DNA from: a virus
Lineage: Duplodnaviria; Caudoviricetes
Reading direction: 5' to 3' (one strand)
Virus record (IMG/VR): IMGVR_UViG_3300032218_001470
Span: 1 to 24,796 of that record
DNA length: 24,796 nucleotides
Both the position numbers and the translations under genes were made by a program. The notes beneath the pieces are model-generated. The model was given only the letters and a program-made list of their open reading frames with translations. It searched no databases and had not been told where the DNA came from. Of the stretch, positions 6,956 through 15,456 are shown piece after piece. How positions within the stretch are numbered: the first letter of the stretch is position 1; the number at the start of each line of letters is the position of its first letter.

Positions 6956-7603
6956 TCAAAGCGGATTGCCAGTGGTAGTGTCATAAGTTCCACCATAAGG
7001 CCAATATTCTTTAGCCCTTATATCTATTTGAACAGACCCAGTTGCGGTTGGTACTATTGTATATATTGGGCCAGTAAATGTATCATTTAATAATTTGAAA
7101 TTAAATGAACCAATAACCGCAGTATTCGATGCCCCGTCACTAAAGGAGTTTCCTGTTCCAAGAACAATAAATGGATAATATGTTTTTCCATTTCGTCTAG
7201 TATTAAAATTATCGGAAAAACAATATTGTAAATAAAGGCCAAGCTCATAGGAATAACTATTTCCGTCTGGATATTCTACCCCCAAATAAACTCCACGCTC
7301 ATATAAAAAAATCTCCGCACCATTGCATATATATTGTTCTTCTGAATTTATTTCTGGGGTGTTGCCAGAAATCGCCATATCCTCATAAGAATCGCCATCA
7401 AAATATGTATAATAAACAAATGCTCCGTCACTTGGAATAGCCCATTGTCCGCTAATTTTTGCCTCCCAAACCTTAACCCTCCAAAACAAGGCCATCGCTT
7501 GCTCAAGAGTAAGTGGGATTGTTGGTTGATATGGATATGTCTCTCCCTCTGGAATACACACTGGGAAATACCCGCTCCCCTGTGCCGACAAAACCTTTCC
7601 CAC
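6956..7603 (-). CDS. hypothetical Tyr-rich tail-region protein
   Basis: 215 aa, GTG start downstream of GAGGAG; AT-rich centre with more GC-rich ends. Confidence 0.65.
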   Translation of the reverse strand: MGKVLSAQGSGYFPVCIPEGETYPYQPTIPLTLEQAMALFWRVKVWEAKISGQWAIPSDGAFVYYTYFDGDSYEDMAISGNTPEINSEEQYICNGAEIFLYERGVYLGVEYPDGNSYSYELGLYLQYCFSDNFNTRRNGKTYYPFIVLGTGNSFSDGASNTAVIGSFNFKLLNDTFTGPIYTIVPTATGSVQIDIRAKEYWPYGGTYDTTTGNPL

Positions 7604-7630
7604 AGGATTTCGCTCTCCTCGCCTTTCGAG

Positions 7631-9337
7631 CTAGTACCCGATGACTGTGATGCGGAAAGTCTGCGTGGATTGTGAGGCGCTGTTGTTGATGCCGTTGACC
7701 GCATCCACGTGAACCTGATCTGTTGCGACTACGTGCCCAAAGAACGTTAGCCCTTCTGATACTGCGCTTGGTATGCCAAGCAGCACAATGTCGTTGATGG
7801 CTGCGCCTGTGATTGCGACGGTGATGGACGTGGATGAATTTCCGCTGATTGAACCGAATGCAAGCGATGCTGTTGTCGTGAGCGTTTTAGGCGACAAAGG
7901 GAACACGCCGTAAGTCGTGGATCCACTACGCAACAGGCCAAGGTTGACCAAGCTCGTCACAACGTTCGGGCCGTTGGGTTGTGTGACCGGGGTGGATCCG
8001 TAGAACGCCAGTTTTGACGACGTGCTGACGCCAAACTTCGTACCGGTAGTCGTGCCCAGCCCTAGGTTGTATCCGTCGGTGATGGTGACGGCCGTGCCGG
8101 ACAGATCCAACACGGTAATGCCTGTCCCGATCGTGTTGTTCTGCCAATCGAGGAACACGGATCCGCCCGAGTTGTACAGCTTGCGGTTGGTCGCATCCAC
8201 GTTTGTGTTGCTGTCTTCGACGAATAGCGCGTCGCATTCTGCTTTGGTGTAGTAGCCAGCCGCAGAGGCAGGGACTGCTGATCCTGTGGTGATGACGTCT
8301 TTGCGGATTGTAATGTCGCCTTGGTAGATCGTTTTGGGCGTGCCAGACTGCGTCAGCTCGATCTCGAGTTTTGGCGTGATCGTGTTTGTTCCCACTTCCG
8401 CGTAGAGCTCATCCAGTTCGCTCGTGTTCATGCTGACGGTGGTCTGGAAAAACTTTCCAAACACCACGGTCGATGCATCCAATGTAAGCGCTGTCGTGAC
8501 GTTCTGCTGGCCGAGATTGCGAACAAAACTGATTGTGTAATCGCCTTGGTTGTTGCCAGCCTGCACGCTGATGTTTCCGGATCCGATGCCCGTGACGGCC
8601 GAAAGCGCTTCCGAGAAGCTGGCCGCGGTAGCTCCGATGGCGATCCCGGTCGTGCTGTTTGCGCCGTAGTTTAAAACGATGTTTCCGCCTTCCGCATCCG
8701 GGCCGACACTAAGCAGCCAGGTCTGATTTGTTCCAGTTGTCCCGGACGATCCGACCTGAAGCTGCGTCAAGCTGACCATTCCGGCCGTGCTGGCTGCGGT
8801 AAACGTGTCAGTGTAGACCGCAGGATTGCGGGAAAGTTGGATAATCTGCTGAGCTTTGACTGATGCGGCCGGATAGCGCCGGTTGTTGATCAGCACGGAG
8901 CTTGTAGGAAATAGCGTGAAAGACGATCCACCAAAGGACAGCGCCGTATTGGCAGTTGCGGCAGTGATCACCCACGCCCCGGTCGTCACAGATCCGTATG
9001 TCGTCACTGTGCAGTTGCCGGCGATGGCCGAGATGGCAGTGGCGACTTGTGCAGTAGTCGCATTAAAAGAGATCGCAGTCGAAGTGCCGGCGCTGGTGGT
9101 TAGTTTAAATTGGCCCTCGGTCGGCTTTCCGTCCAAATAACCAATTCCGAGCTTTAGGCTTGCGCCTGTGGTATTGATGTCGCGCAATAGGCCGGAGCTA
9201 TCTCGGGCCTGCAAACGGACGCGCAGCGTGTAGGAGTCGTTTCGAGTAAGCGTCGGGAATACTCCGTTCTTCACGGATCCTTCCGCCAGTAGTGAATTGG
9301 CCCCTGTATCCAGATAAAGATCGATCTGTTGGCCCAT
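7631..9337 (-). CDS. tail fibre / tail-tip structural protein
   Basis: 568 aa, Thr/Ser/Gly-rich; two related TxAIxxxATxAxxxxAxSA segments; YYTKAECDALF linker; downstream of tape measure. Confidence 0.7.
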   Translation of the reverse strand: MGQQIDLYLDTGANSLLAEGSVKNGVFPTLTRNDSYTLRVRLQARDSSGLLRDINTTGASLKLGIGYLDGKPTEGQFKLTTSAGTSTAISFNATTAQVATAISAIAGNCTVTTYGSVTTGAWVITAATANTALSFGGSSFTLFPTSSVLINNRRYPAASVKAQQIIQLSRNPAVYTDTFTAASTAGMVSLTQLQVGSSGTTGTNQTWLLSVGPDAEGGNIVLNYGANSTTGIAIGATAASFSEALSAVTGIGSGNISVQAGNNQGDYTISFVRNLGQQNVTTALTLDASTVVFGKFFQTTVSMNTSELDELYAEVGTNTITPKLEIELTQSGTPKTIYQGDITIRKDVITTGSAVPASAAGYYTKAECDALFVEDSNTNVDATNRKLYNSGGSVFLDWQNNTIGTGITVLDLSGTAVTITDGYNLGLGTTTGTKFGVSTSSKLAFYGSTPVTQPNGPNVVTSLVNLGLLRSGSTTYGVFPLSPKTLTTTASLAFGSISGNSSTSITVAITGAAINDIVLLGIPSAVSEGLTFFGHVVATDQVHVDAVNGINNSASQSTQTFRITVIGY

Positions 9338-9354
9338 TTTATCCCTTGCCTATG

Positions 9355-9606
9355 TCAAGGGCCAAAGACGGTAATCGTAGCCGGCGAACCGTTGGAACAT
9401 ACGTTCAGCGTGATCTGCTTGAGAGCTGCCGTGCCTGTGACTACTCCGGTCACGCTGATCTGAATTCCGTCTGGCACGTCAATTAGTATGACGTTGGCTC
9501 CGGCGATCGGTTTAGTGCATTCAATCCGCCGAATCAGCTTGTTAAAAAATCCTTTCCCAAGTCGAGACGGGCCATCGATTTCATTTAGGCGGGCTTCGGT
9601 TGCCAT
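9355..9606 (-). CDS. small tail-region protein
   Basis: 83 aa, tightly packed in tail operon. Confidence 0.6.
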   Translation of the reverse strand: MATEARLNEIDGPSRLGKGFFNKLIRRIECTKPIAGANVILIDVPDGIQISVTGVVTGTAALKQITLNVCSNGSPATITVFGP

Positions 9607-9609
9607 GGC

Positions 9610-10263
9610 TTACGCGTAAACCCCCTGTCCCCTCTGCTTCTCTTTGAACATTGCCCTAGCGACAAGGAACTGCCCCCGACGGGTAGAGTCCAAACTGTCC
9701 AAGCAGTAGCCAAAATACGTCAGCGTGCCAGCAAGATTGCTGACGGTCAGTCCAGGCTTGCGCGGATTGGATGGAAGTGCCGTCCCGTTAATATAGGCAG
9801 GCATTGGAATTGTGACGGTCGGGCTGAACCGTTCATTTACTGGGTAATCTGAAGAAAGCTGCCCGCTGGCAAACTGACTTTCCGTGAGATCAGTTACAAA
9901 GCTAACTTCAATAATTATAGGCGGCCCATATATATTTGCACCGGTCGTCGGAATATATTTAATCTGAGCAGGCGGCAGACTTGTCTCGCTGGTGAGCCCC
10001 ACGTAAGTAACAGTCATTTCGCTGATGTCGCCGTCCTGCTCTCGGAGGGCCGCTGTCTCCACCGCCATCCGAATAAACTTGGTCGATGCCGTGGTGAATG
10101 CGGAATGCGTGACGTCTTTTAGCGGCAGGATCTTCTGCCGATCCGCCGTCCTGATCGTGTAAATTTCAGTAATGGTTTCCAGACCAACGATTTCTCGGCT
10201 GTACTCGGAACGCCGCAGGATCTTACTGCCGGACGATAATGCGCCAAGGATAGAAGCAGCCAT
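9610..10263 (-). CDS. tail-tip protein (distal-tail/hub position)
   Basis: 217 aa immediately after tape measure; call from synteny only. Confidence 0.55.
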   Translation of the reverse strand: MAASILGALSSGSKILRRSEYSREIVGLETITEIYTIRTADRQKILPLKDVTHSAFTTASTKFIRMAVETAALREQDGDISEMTVTYVGLTSETSLPPAQIKYIPTTGANIYGPPIIIEVSFVTDLTESQFASGQLSSDYPVNERFSPTVTIPMPAYINGTALPSNPRKPGLTVSNLAGTLTYFGYCLDSLDSTRRGQFLVARAMFKEKQRGQGVYA

Positions 10264-10264
10264 A

Positions 10265-11752
10265 TTAGCTTACCAGTGGCGCAGACGTCAGCTTTGCCAG
10301 GGCGTCTTGCAGGGTTTTGTTGATGTCGTCCAAGGTGGTTTTTCCTTCCGCCTCTTTCTTGGCCTGTGTCTGGATGTACTCGGAACGGCGTTCAGACATG
10401 GAGCGCTGAGCGGTTCCGATTCCAAACGATCCGACCTTTGTGGCTGACGTGCTTGCCAGGACTTCTTTGTCGAGTTGGCCTTGTGTGATTTTCTTTTGAT
10501 CTTCCGCTGCTTTCTTGCGGGCTTTTTCGACTTCGGCCGCTACGCCGCCGCCAAGCCCGGCTGCGATGTCGAGGCGTTGCCCGGCGGCTCCGCCTTCAGT
10601 CTGTTGGAATTGCCGCGAGCTTCCACCGGGGCCAGCCATGGCGCCTTTCTGTTTTTCTAGGAGTTTGTTTTCCTCCATGGCGTTCTCGATCTTTTGATTG
10701 ATTGCCTCACGTTCGCTTTCAAAAATGTACTTCCGGCGTCGTTCTTCGCTATCCGCGGCCATCTTTTTTTCATCTTCTTCTTCTTTAAGCGCCCGCATGG
10801 CTTCGTCGGTACGTTCTTTGATTGCGTCCTTTTCGGCTTTTTCGGTTTCTTTAGCAGCTTTTGCTGTGGCTTTTTTTCCACCTCCTGCTCCGCCTTCTAA
10901 ATCCATAGGTTTTGCTGCTGCTTTAGGTTGGTCGCCTTTTTTGAATTCAGCAGATAGTTTGTTTGCTTCTTTTATGATTTCCTTCGCTCCTGAAAAATTG
11001 CCAGTAGCAGCCTCACCCATAGCCGCTAGGGTCATCGTGATCTGCTCAGCCATAAATTTAAACGTTTTTACCGCAGGATTTACAAACTGAGCGATGCTTC
11101 CAAACATTATTGTCATCGTATTCTGGAAAGTTTTGATTTCGTCTGAAGCTGCGCCAAGTTGTGCGATCGTATCATCCGACCAGACGCCCATATCCTGCCC
11201 CATTTTCTGAATGGCGTCCGGGCCCATCCTAAGAGTTTCCATCAGAGCTCCAACGCTTTTGCCTGCCACTTCCTGCGCCTGGGCGAACGCTTCCAGTGGG
11301 TCGTTGGCGCCTGCCACTGCCTCGCTGAGCTTGAAAAATATATCCTGCGGCGACATGCCTTGCAGATCTGAAACAGTTAAACCTAGTTTTTCAAACGATG
11401 CGATCATGGCGTCATCTCCGCCGATCGCCTTTCCGGCATTCACGGCCAGTTTATTCATGGCGCTTGCCACGTCTTCAACGCCTGCCCCAGATAAAGATGC
11501 GGCGTTCCCAACTTCCTGAAGGGCGGACGCTGAAATTCCAAAACGATTTGCCAGATCCTGAAGTTGATCGCCCTTATCGATTGCCGAGGAAAGGCCGCTG
11601 AGGATTTTATCGAATGCAAAAGCGCCGGTCAGGATCCCGGCCGTCTGTTTGGCGAACTTGTTGACGGCGTTCTCCGCCTCTTTCAACCCGTTCTCAAACG
11701 AGCTTTTTTCCAGCGCGAGCTTGGCTGTTGCGACAGCGTCCATATTAGGCAA
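10265..11752 (-). CDS. tail tape measure protein
   Basis: Ala/Gly-rich helical protein; GDQLQDLANRFGISASALQ...AASLSG and FEKLGLTVSDL...IFFKLSEA are typical TMP segments; start 11752 or 11743. Confidence 0.85.
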   Translation of the reverse strand: MPNMDAVATAKLALEKSSFENGLKEAENAVNKFAKQTAGILTGAFAFDKILSGLSSAIDKGDQLQDLANRFGISASALQEVGNAASLSGAGVEDVASAMNKLAVNAGKAIGGDDAMIASFEKLGLTVSDLQGMSPQDIFFKLSEAVAGANDPLEAFAQAQEVAGKSVGALMETLRMGPDAIQKMGQDMGVWSDDTIAQLGAASDEIKTFQNTMTIMFGSIAQFVNPAVKTFKFMAEQITMTLAAMGEAATGNFSGAKEIIKEANKLSAEFKKGDQPKAAAKPMDLEGGAGGGKKATAKAAKETEKAEKDAIKERTDEAMRALKEEEDEKKMAADSEERRRKYIFESEREAINQKIENAMEENKLLEKQKGAMAGPGGSSRQFQQTEGGAAGQRLDIAAGLGGGVAAEVEKARKKAAEDQKKITQGQLDKEVLASTSATKVGSFGIGTAQRSMSERRSEYIQTQAKKEAEGKTTLDDINKTLQDALAKLTSAPLVS

Positions 11753-12500
11753 ATCCTGCTTCTTTTGATTTGTGTTTCACGATGGCGATCACGCTTTTGG
11801 CTAGTGTGTTTCGCTGGATGTCAAGAGTCTTCTGTAAATTGGAACGGCTGAGCGCCCGGCCGATCCATGGAATGCTGTTTTTCAATTCCACGTACTTGTC
11901 GGTCACAGTCACGGAGCCCTTCCCATACTTTGAAATCAGCTTTTGAATCCACCCCTGGACAGATCCAACGCCTTTTACCCTGGCAAATCCTCCAAGCATT
12001 GAAGCGCATTCCGCCCATCCGGCCTTTGCGATGCCGACTTTCTTTTGCGTTTCTTTGATGTATCGCTGCTGATCTTTTTGAAGGAGATAACCTTTTTGGT
12101 CAGTCTTTGTTCTGCCTGTCGCACGGCTTCTGGTTTTCTGGTGAAATTCTTTGATTCCTGATGCGGTTAGTTCTTGATTGTCATAATTCAGATAATTCTT
12201 TCCATCTTTTGTTGTGAATCGCTGATTGAATGCCTTCGGCCCGAGTGGACGCATCCGCCCGGCCTCTTTCATGTATTCTTTGGTCAAGGGCTTTGTGATC
12301 GCCGCAATATCCCGCAGGATTGCGTTTTCGCCCTTCTTGCGTGCATCAGCATTCATGCCAAAAGGTTGTGTGGCGTTGGTCAACCTGACTGCCAGCGCGC
12401 GGCCGGACGATCGCAGCTCTTTCGCCTGCTCTTGTTTGGTCAGCTTCCCCCATAAGGCCAGCGCTTTGGTGAGATTCTTTTCTTCTATTGTCAGTTTCAT
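11745..12500 (-). CDS. basic morphogenesis protein, possibly HK97-gp10-like neck/tail-completion
   Basis: 251 aa, Lys/Arg-rich, VGIAKAGW and ELKNSIPW motifs; ATGA-coupled to the frameshift ORF. Confidence 0.45.
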   Translation of the reverse strand: MKLTIEEKNLTKALALWGKLTKQEQAKELRSSGRALAVRLTNATQPFGMNADARKKGENAILRDIAAITKPLTKEYMKEAGRMRPLGPKAFNQRFTTKDGKNYLNYDNQELTASGIKEFHQKTRSRATGRTKTDQKGYLLQKDQQRYIKETQKKVGIAKAGWAECASMLGGFARVKGVGSVQGWIQKLISKYGKGSVTVTDKYVELKNSIPWIGRALSRSNLQKTLDIQRNTLAKSVIAIVKHKSKEAGFA

Positions 12501-12712
12501 ATTCCCAAAATATCCTTTATGTCACGGAGATCGTCGCCTGTGATCGCTTCCACCCTGCGCAGTTTCACGCCATTGATGAACATAAAAACGTGTTCGGCCT
12601 GGTTGACCAAGCAGATCGGAATTTCCCACAGAATTTTCTGCAGATCCCATCCTGTTTCCTTTGCCAGCACGAACACGCTTGCGGCGCATCCGGCCGGCGT
12701 CAGGCGTTTCCC
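12497..12712 (-). CDS. tail assembly chaperone, -1 frameshift extension (gpT-like: KRLTPAGCAASVFVLAKETGWDLQKILWEIP...DILGI)
   Basis: -1 frame is open from slippery G GGA AAC (12706-12712) to TGA 12497, which overlaps the next ATG. Confidence 0.8.
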   Translation of the reverse strand, partial: GKRLTPAGCAASVFVLAKETGWDLQKILWEIPICLVNQAEHVFMFINGVKLRRVEAITGDDLRDIKDILGI

Positions 12713-13086
12713 GGGTCGCCGATTGGCTTTTTATCCGGGATGACTGCCACCCGCGATTTGTTGGCTTCGCCCAGGATAGCCGCCACCAGCAGCCCGGCCG
12801 TGTCCCTATCCTCCGGGGTCATATCCTCCGACCATTCCATCAGTTTCTCGCGGAATTCCTCCTTGTTCCACGCAAGCCGGATCGCTGCTTTCCTGTCCTT
12901 GGCCAGCAGAATGTGAACATAGAGAAACGACCAAATAAAATAGATCGAACTGTCGGCGTCGTCCCGGACTTGGAGCAGCAACAGCCGAGAGCCTTCGGTG
13001 TATGGCGCCAGGCGTTGATCTTTGAAATATCGATCCGGGCTGACGAACGCGGAATTCAGTTCCGCCTCTAGGTCTTGGTCGCTCAT
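12700..13086 (-). CDS. tail assembly chaperone (gpG-like)
   Basis: 128 aa ending ..DPGNA*, with in-frame X XXY YYZ heptamer GGGAAAC one sense codon before the stop. Confidence 0.8.
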   Translation of the reverse strand: MSDQDLEAELNSAFVSPDRYFKDQRLAPYTEGSRLLLLQVRDDADSSIYFIWSFLYVHILLAKDRKAAIRLAWNKEEFREKLMEWSEDMTPEDRDTAGLLVAAILGEANKSRVAVIPDKKPIGDPGNA

Positions 13087-13460
13087 AGCCTGCTTAAAAG
13101 GGCTTTCTTTAGCTCAGGACGGGCCTTCTCTGCGACCAGTAGCGTCTGCCCGCCTCTTTGTATGGATAGAATTTTTTCTGCACGCTTCAGAAGGCCCAGA
13201 AGTGTCTCTCTGTTCTCGAGCGCCGCCCTCACGAACCTAATCGACGCATCCTCCGGGCTTTTCATTTCAGCCCAAGTGCGTTCCATTTCGGCCTTTGCGT
13301 CCTGTCCTTCACCGCCATCCATAAACCAGAACGTGACCTGCTCACGCCCATCCTCTTTTTGGATTCTGGTGACCGGATCCATGGGGCGCAGCTTTGCGCC
13401 ATAGGCTGCGGCCGCTGCCGCTACTTTGATGTTGGTTGTACCCCAGAAACTCTCGATCAT
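13083..13460 (-). CDS. hypothetical protein between tail tube and chaperone
   Basis: 125 aa, ATGA-coupled to the chaperone. Confidence 0.65.
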   Translation of the reverse strand: MIESFWGTTNIKVAAAAAAYGAKLRPMDPVTRIQKEDGREQVTFWFMDGGEGQDAKAEMERTWAEMKSPEDASIRFVRAALENRETLLGLLKRAEKILSIQRGGQTLLVAEKARPELKKALLSRL

Positions 13461-13492
13461 TTCAGGATCTCATGTGAACCGCCCTTTCGGGC

Positions 13493-13837
13493 TTAGCTCA
13501 TGTTAGGGTAGCGTGTGGCGCTGACGTCGACCGCGGCGAACGCGTCAGGGCTTTTTGAGTAGGCCACGGATTCGACCACGATCTTTCCGCCGGTGCTCGT
13601 CGCGTTGGCGAGAGCGGTCAAGACGGCTCCGGCCGTGGTGGCGTAGGTTCCGATGATTGCGCCGGAAAAGCTCAGAGCGTCGGTCTGATTAAAAAGTGCA
13701 AGGGCGACCACGTCGCCGGACGCATTCCGAACTTCTGCTTTCTCGATGTTTCTTGTTTCAGAGAAGTTGGAAACGAGGATTCCGCTCTCTGCGCTCATTC
13801 CGAAAGAAAGGCCTGAAGTTCCGATTGTGGTCGCCAT
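13493..13837 (-). CDS. major tail tube protein (minimal)
   Basis: 114 aa beta-rich Ser/Thr/Ala protein after the terminator-like gene, followed by a small hairpin; call from synteny. Confidence 0.65.
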   Translation of the reverse strand: MATTIGTSGLSFGMSAESGILVSNFSETRNIEKAEVRNASGDVVALALFNQTDALSFSGAIIGTYATTAGAVLTALANATSTGGKIVVESVAYSKSPDAFAAVDVSATRYPNMS

Positions 13838-13855
13838 ATTGCCCTATTTTTTGTG

Positions 13856-14302
13856 TCAACTCGCCACGCTGTTCGGGTACGCGATCACTGCCAGTTTGAA
13901 ATTACGCTTCATGCTGCGTTCTTCATTGTCGGCCTCCGCCTCACTGCTTTCCAGTTTTGCGTTGTAACAGCGGGCCGCGCCGATCGCTGTGGTGGCGTTG
14001 AGTCTGGCCGTCAGGCTTGTCGTATCATAAAATGCTTGAAGGATTTTCGAGCATTTCTGCGTGTGTGCCGCCAGCGTCGTGTCGTCATAGCGCTGTTCTA
14101 GGACGATCTGGACCGGGACGCTGAACACGCCGGAGCCCTGCACGGGTTCTTCGGTTCCCATGGTCGCCTTGATGACGATTGAGGGCGGCTTGTTTTCTGT
14201 CAGATCGTGCGACAGGTGGTAGTCTTGCCCGGTGACGGTGGCGGAAAGTAGCTCTTGAAAGGCGCCTTCGATTAGGCGATCGAGCATGGTGACGGCGGGC
14301 AT
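13856..14302 (-). CDS. tail terminator-like protein
   Basis: 148 aa with KPPSIVI motif, directly upstream of the tube gene; call from synteny and size. Confidence 0.55.
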   Translation of the reverse strand: MPAVTMLDRLIEGAFQELLSATVTGQDYHLSHDLTENKPPSIVIKATMGTEEPVQGSGVFSVPVQIVLEQRYDDTTLAAHTQKCSKILQAFYDTTSLTARLNATTAIGAARCYNAKLESSEAEADNEERSMKRNFKLAVIAYPNSVAS

Positions 14303-14305
14303 ATT

Positions 14306-14974
14306 TTACAGATCCACGTCAACGCGGCCGGGCCAAGGCGGGATATTGTCCTGTGCCCATTGTTCTTTTTGCGGAAGAAAGTAAGTCAAACGATCTTGTC
14401 GTAAGGCGGAGGCAAGAATGGCCGGAGCTGAGTTAATCGTCATAAACTTGTCGGCATGCTGAATGGCTTGTGCCATTTCTACGATCGATTGAGCCGTCCA
14501 ATGTCTTTTGTGAAAGTAGTATTGGCTTTCGCACATAATCACATAATCGTCCATCAGCTCTTCCGCCTTTTGTTGAATATCCAGCGTTGGGTAATTCCAT
14601 CCTTGGCTAATGCCTAGTGGCGCAAGAAGGTTGTATTGATCGGGCAGGCCAGGTGGCGGCTCGTCCGGCACGCAATCCATAACGATTTTTTTATCAACGC
14701 CAACTAAAGCCGGATGACTATACATAAACTCGACGTAACTTTGCCCGCTGTTTCTGTATTCGTTGTATCGGTTGGGCCATATTTGAAAATCCAAGATTTC
14801 TCCCTCGCCTTCACCTGGCCCCACCCATTTTGCGTAACTAATAAGATGCAGAGCTGTTGCGTATTGTGGCAGGCATTCAATAAAAACTTCTTCCCCCTGA
14901 GAGGCAAAATGCCTAGCTGCTGGGAAGCAGTTGATGATGTCCCCAAGGCGCTGGTGATAAACAATAGTTTTCAA
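14306..14974 (-). CDS. GT-B fold glycosyltransferase, GT9-like
   Basis: N-terminal HQRLGDIINCFPAA and C-terminal ADKFMTINSAPAILASAL match GT9 heptosyltransferase-like motifs; TTG start overlaps upstream TGA. Confidence 0.7.
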   Translation of the reverse strand: MKTIVYHQRLGDIINCFPAARHFASQGEEVFIECLPQYATALHLISYAKWVGPGEGEGEILDFQIWPNRYNEYRNSGQSYVEFMYSHPALVGVDKKIVMDCVPDEPPPGLPDQYNLLAPLGISQGWNYPTLDIQQKAEELMDDYVIMCESQYYFHKRHWTAQSIVEMAQAIQHADKFMTINSAPAILASALRQDRLTYFLPQKEQWAQDNIPPWPGRVDVDL

Positions 14975-15456
14975 TCGTTAAACCCAACGATGGCAAACGA
15001 CCAATATAGATCCCGCTGACTGCACAAAATTTGTTTGAACCCAAGATCGGCCAGCGTCTTTTTTATATCCTCTGGATGAAACAAATGGGCGTGTTTGCGA
15101 TTGTTTTGAGGGCGCCAGTATTCCATGTCTGGGTGCGGCAGATACATAAACAATGTCCCGCCTTGTTTTAGACGTGTTTTCCAATGCTCTAACGCATCAA
15201 CATATCTTTCAACGTGCTCAAGGGTGTGAGACGAGAAAATAAAATCATATTTTCGGTCTGGTAAATTAAGTGCGTCGTGGCCGTCTGGTTGGTCAATGTT
15301 GACCACAGTAGCGCCAGGTAAGTGCCAATCTTTAGTGCCACCAATATCGAGCCCATTACCCCGGCAAAAATGTTGAGCAAATGGAAGCACGTGAGCGCAT
15401 GCATTTCCGTTCTTAATATAATCTGGGTACAGCCTGCCTTTGTATTCGTAGATCAC
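14971..15456 (-). CDS. class I SAM-dependent methyltransferase
   Basis: GLDIGG, YDFIFSSHTLEHV, LKQGGTLFMYLPH motifs; start revised to GTG 15456 (GTGA overlap). Confidence 0.85.
   Translation of the reverse strand: MIYEYKGRLYPDYIKNGNACAHVLPFAQHFCRGNGLDIGGTKDWHLPGATVVNIDQPDGHDALNLPDRKYDFIFSSHTLEHVERYVDALEHWKTRLKQGGTLFMYLPHPDMEYWRPQNNRKHAHLFHPEDIKKTLADLGFKQILCSQRDLYWSFAIVGFND

Noticed and set aside
13481-13492. GCCC-GAAA-GGGC hairpin as a boxB/nut site or terminator
   Set aside because: Only a 4-bp stem, with no boxA, no U tract and no N-like gene seen
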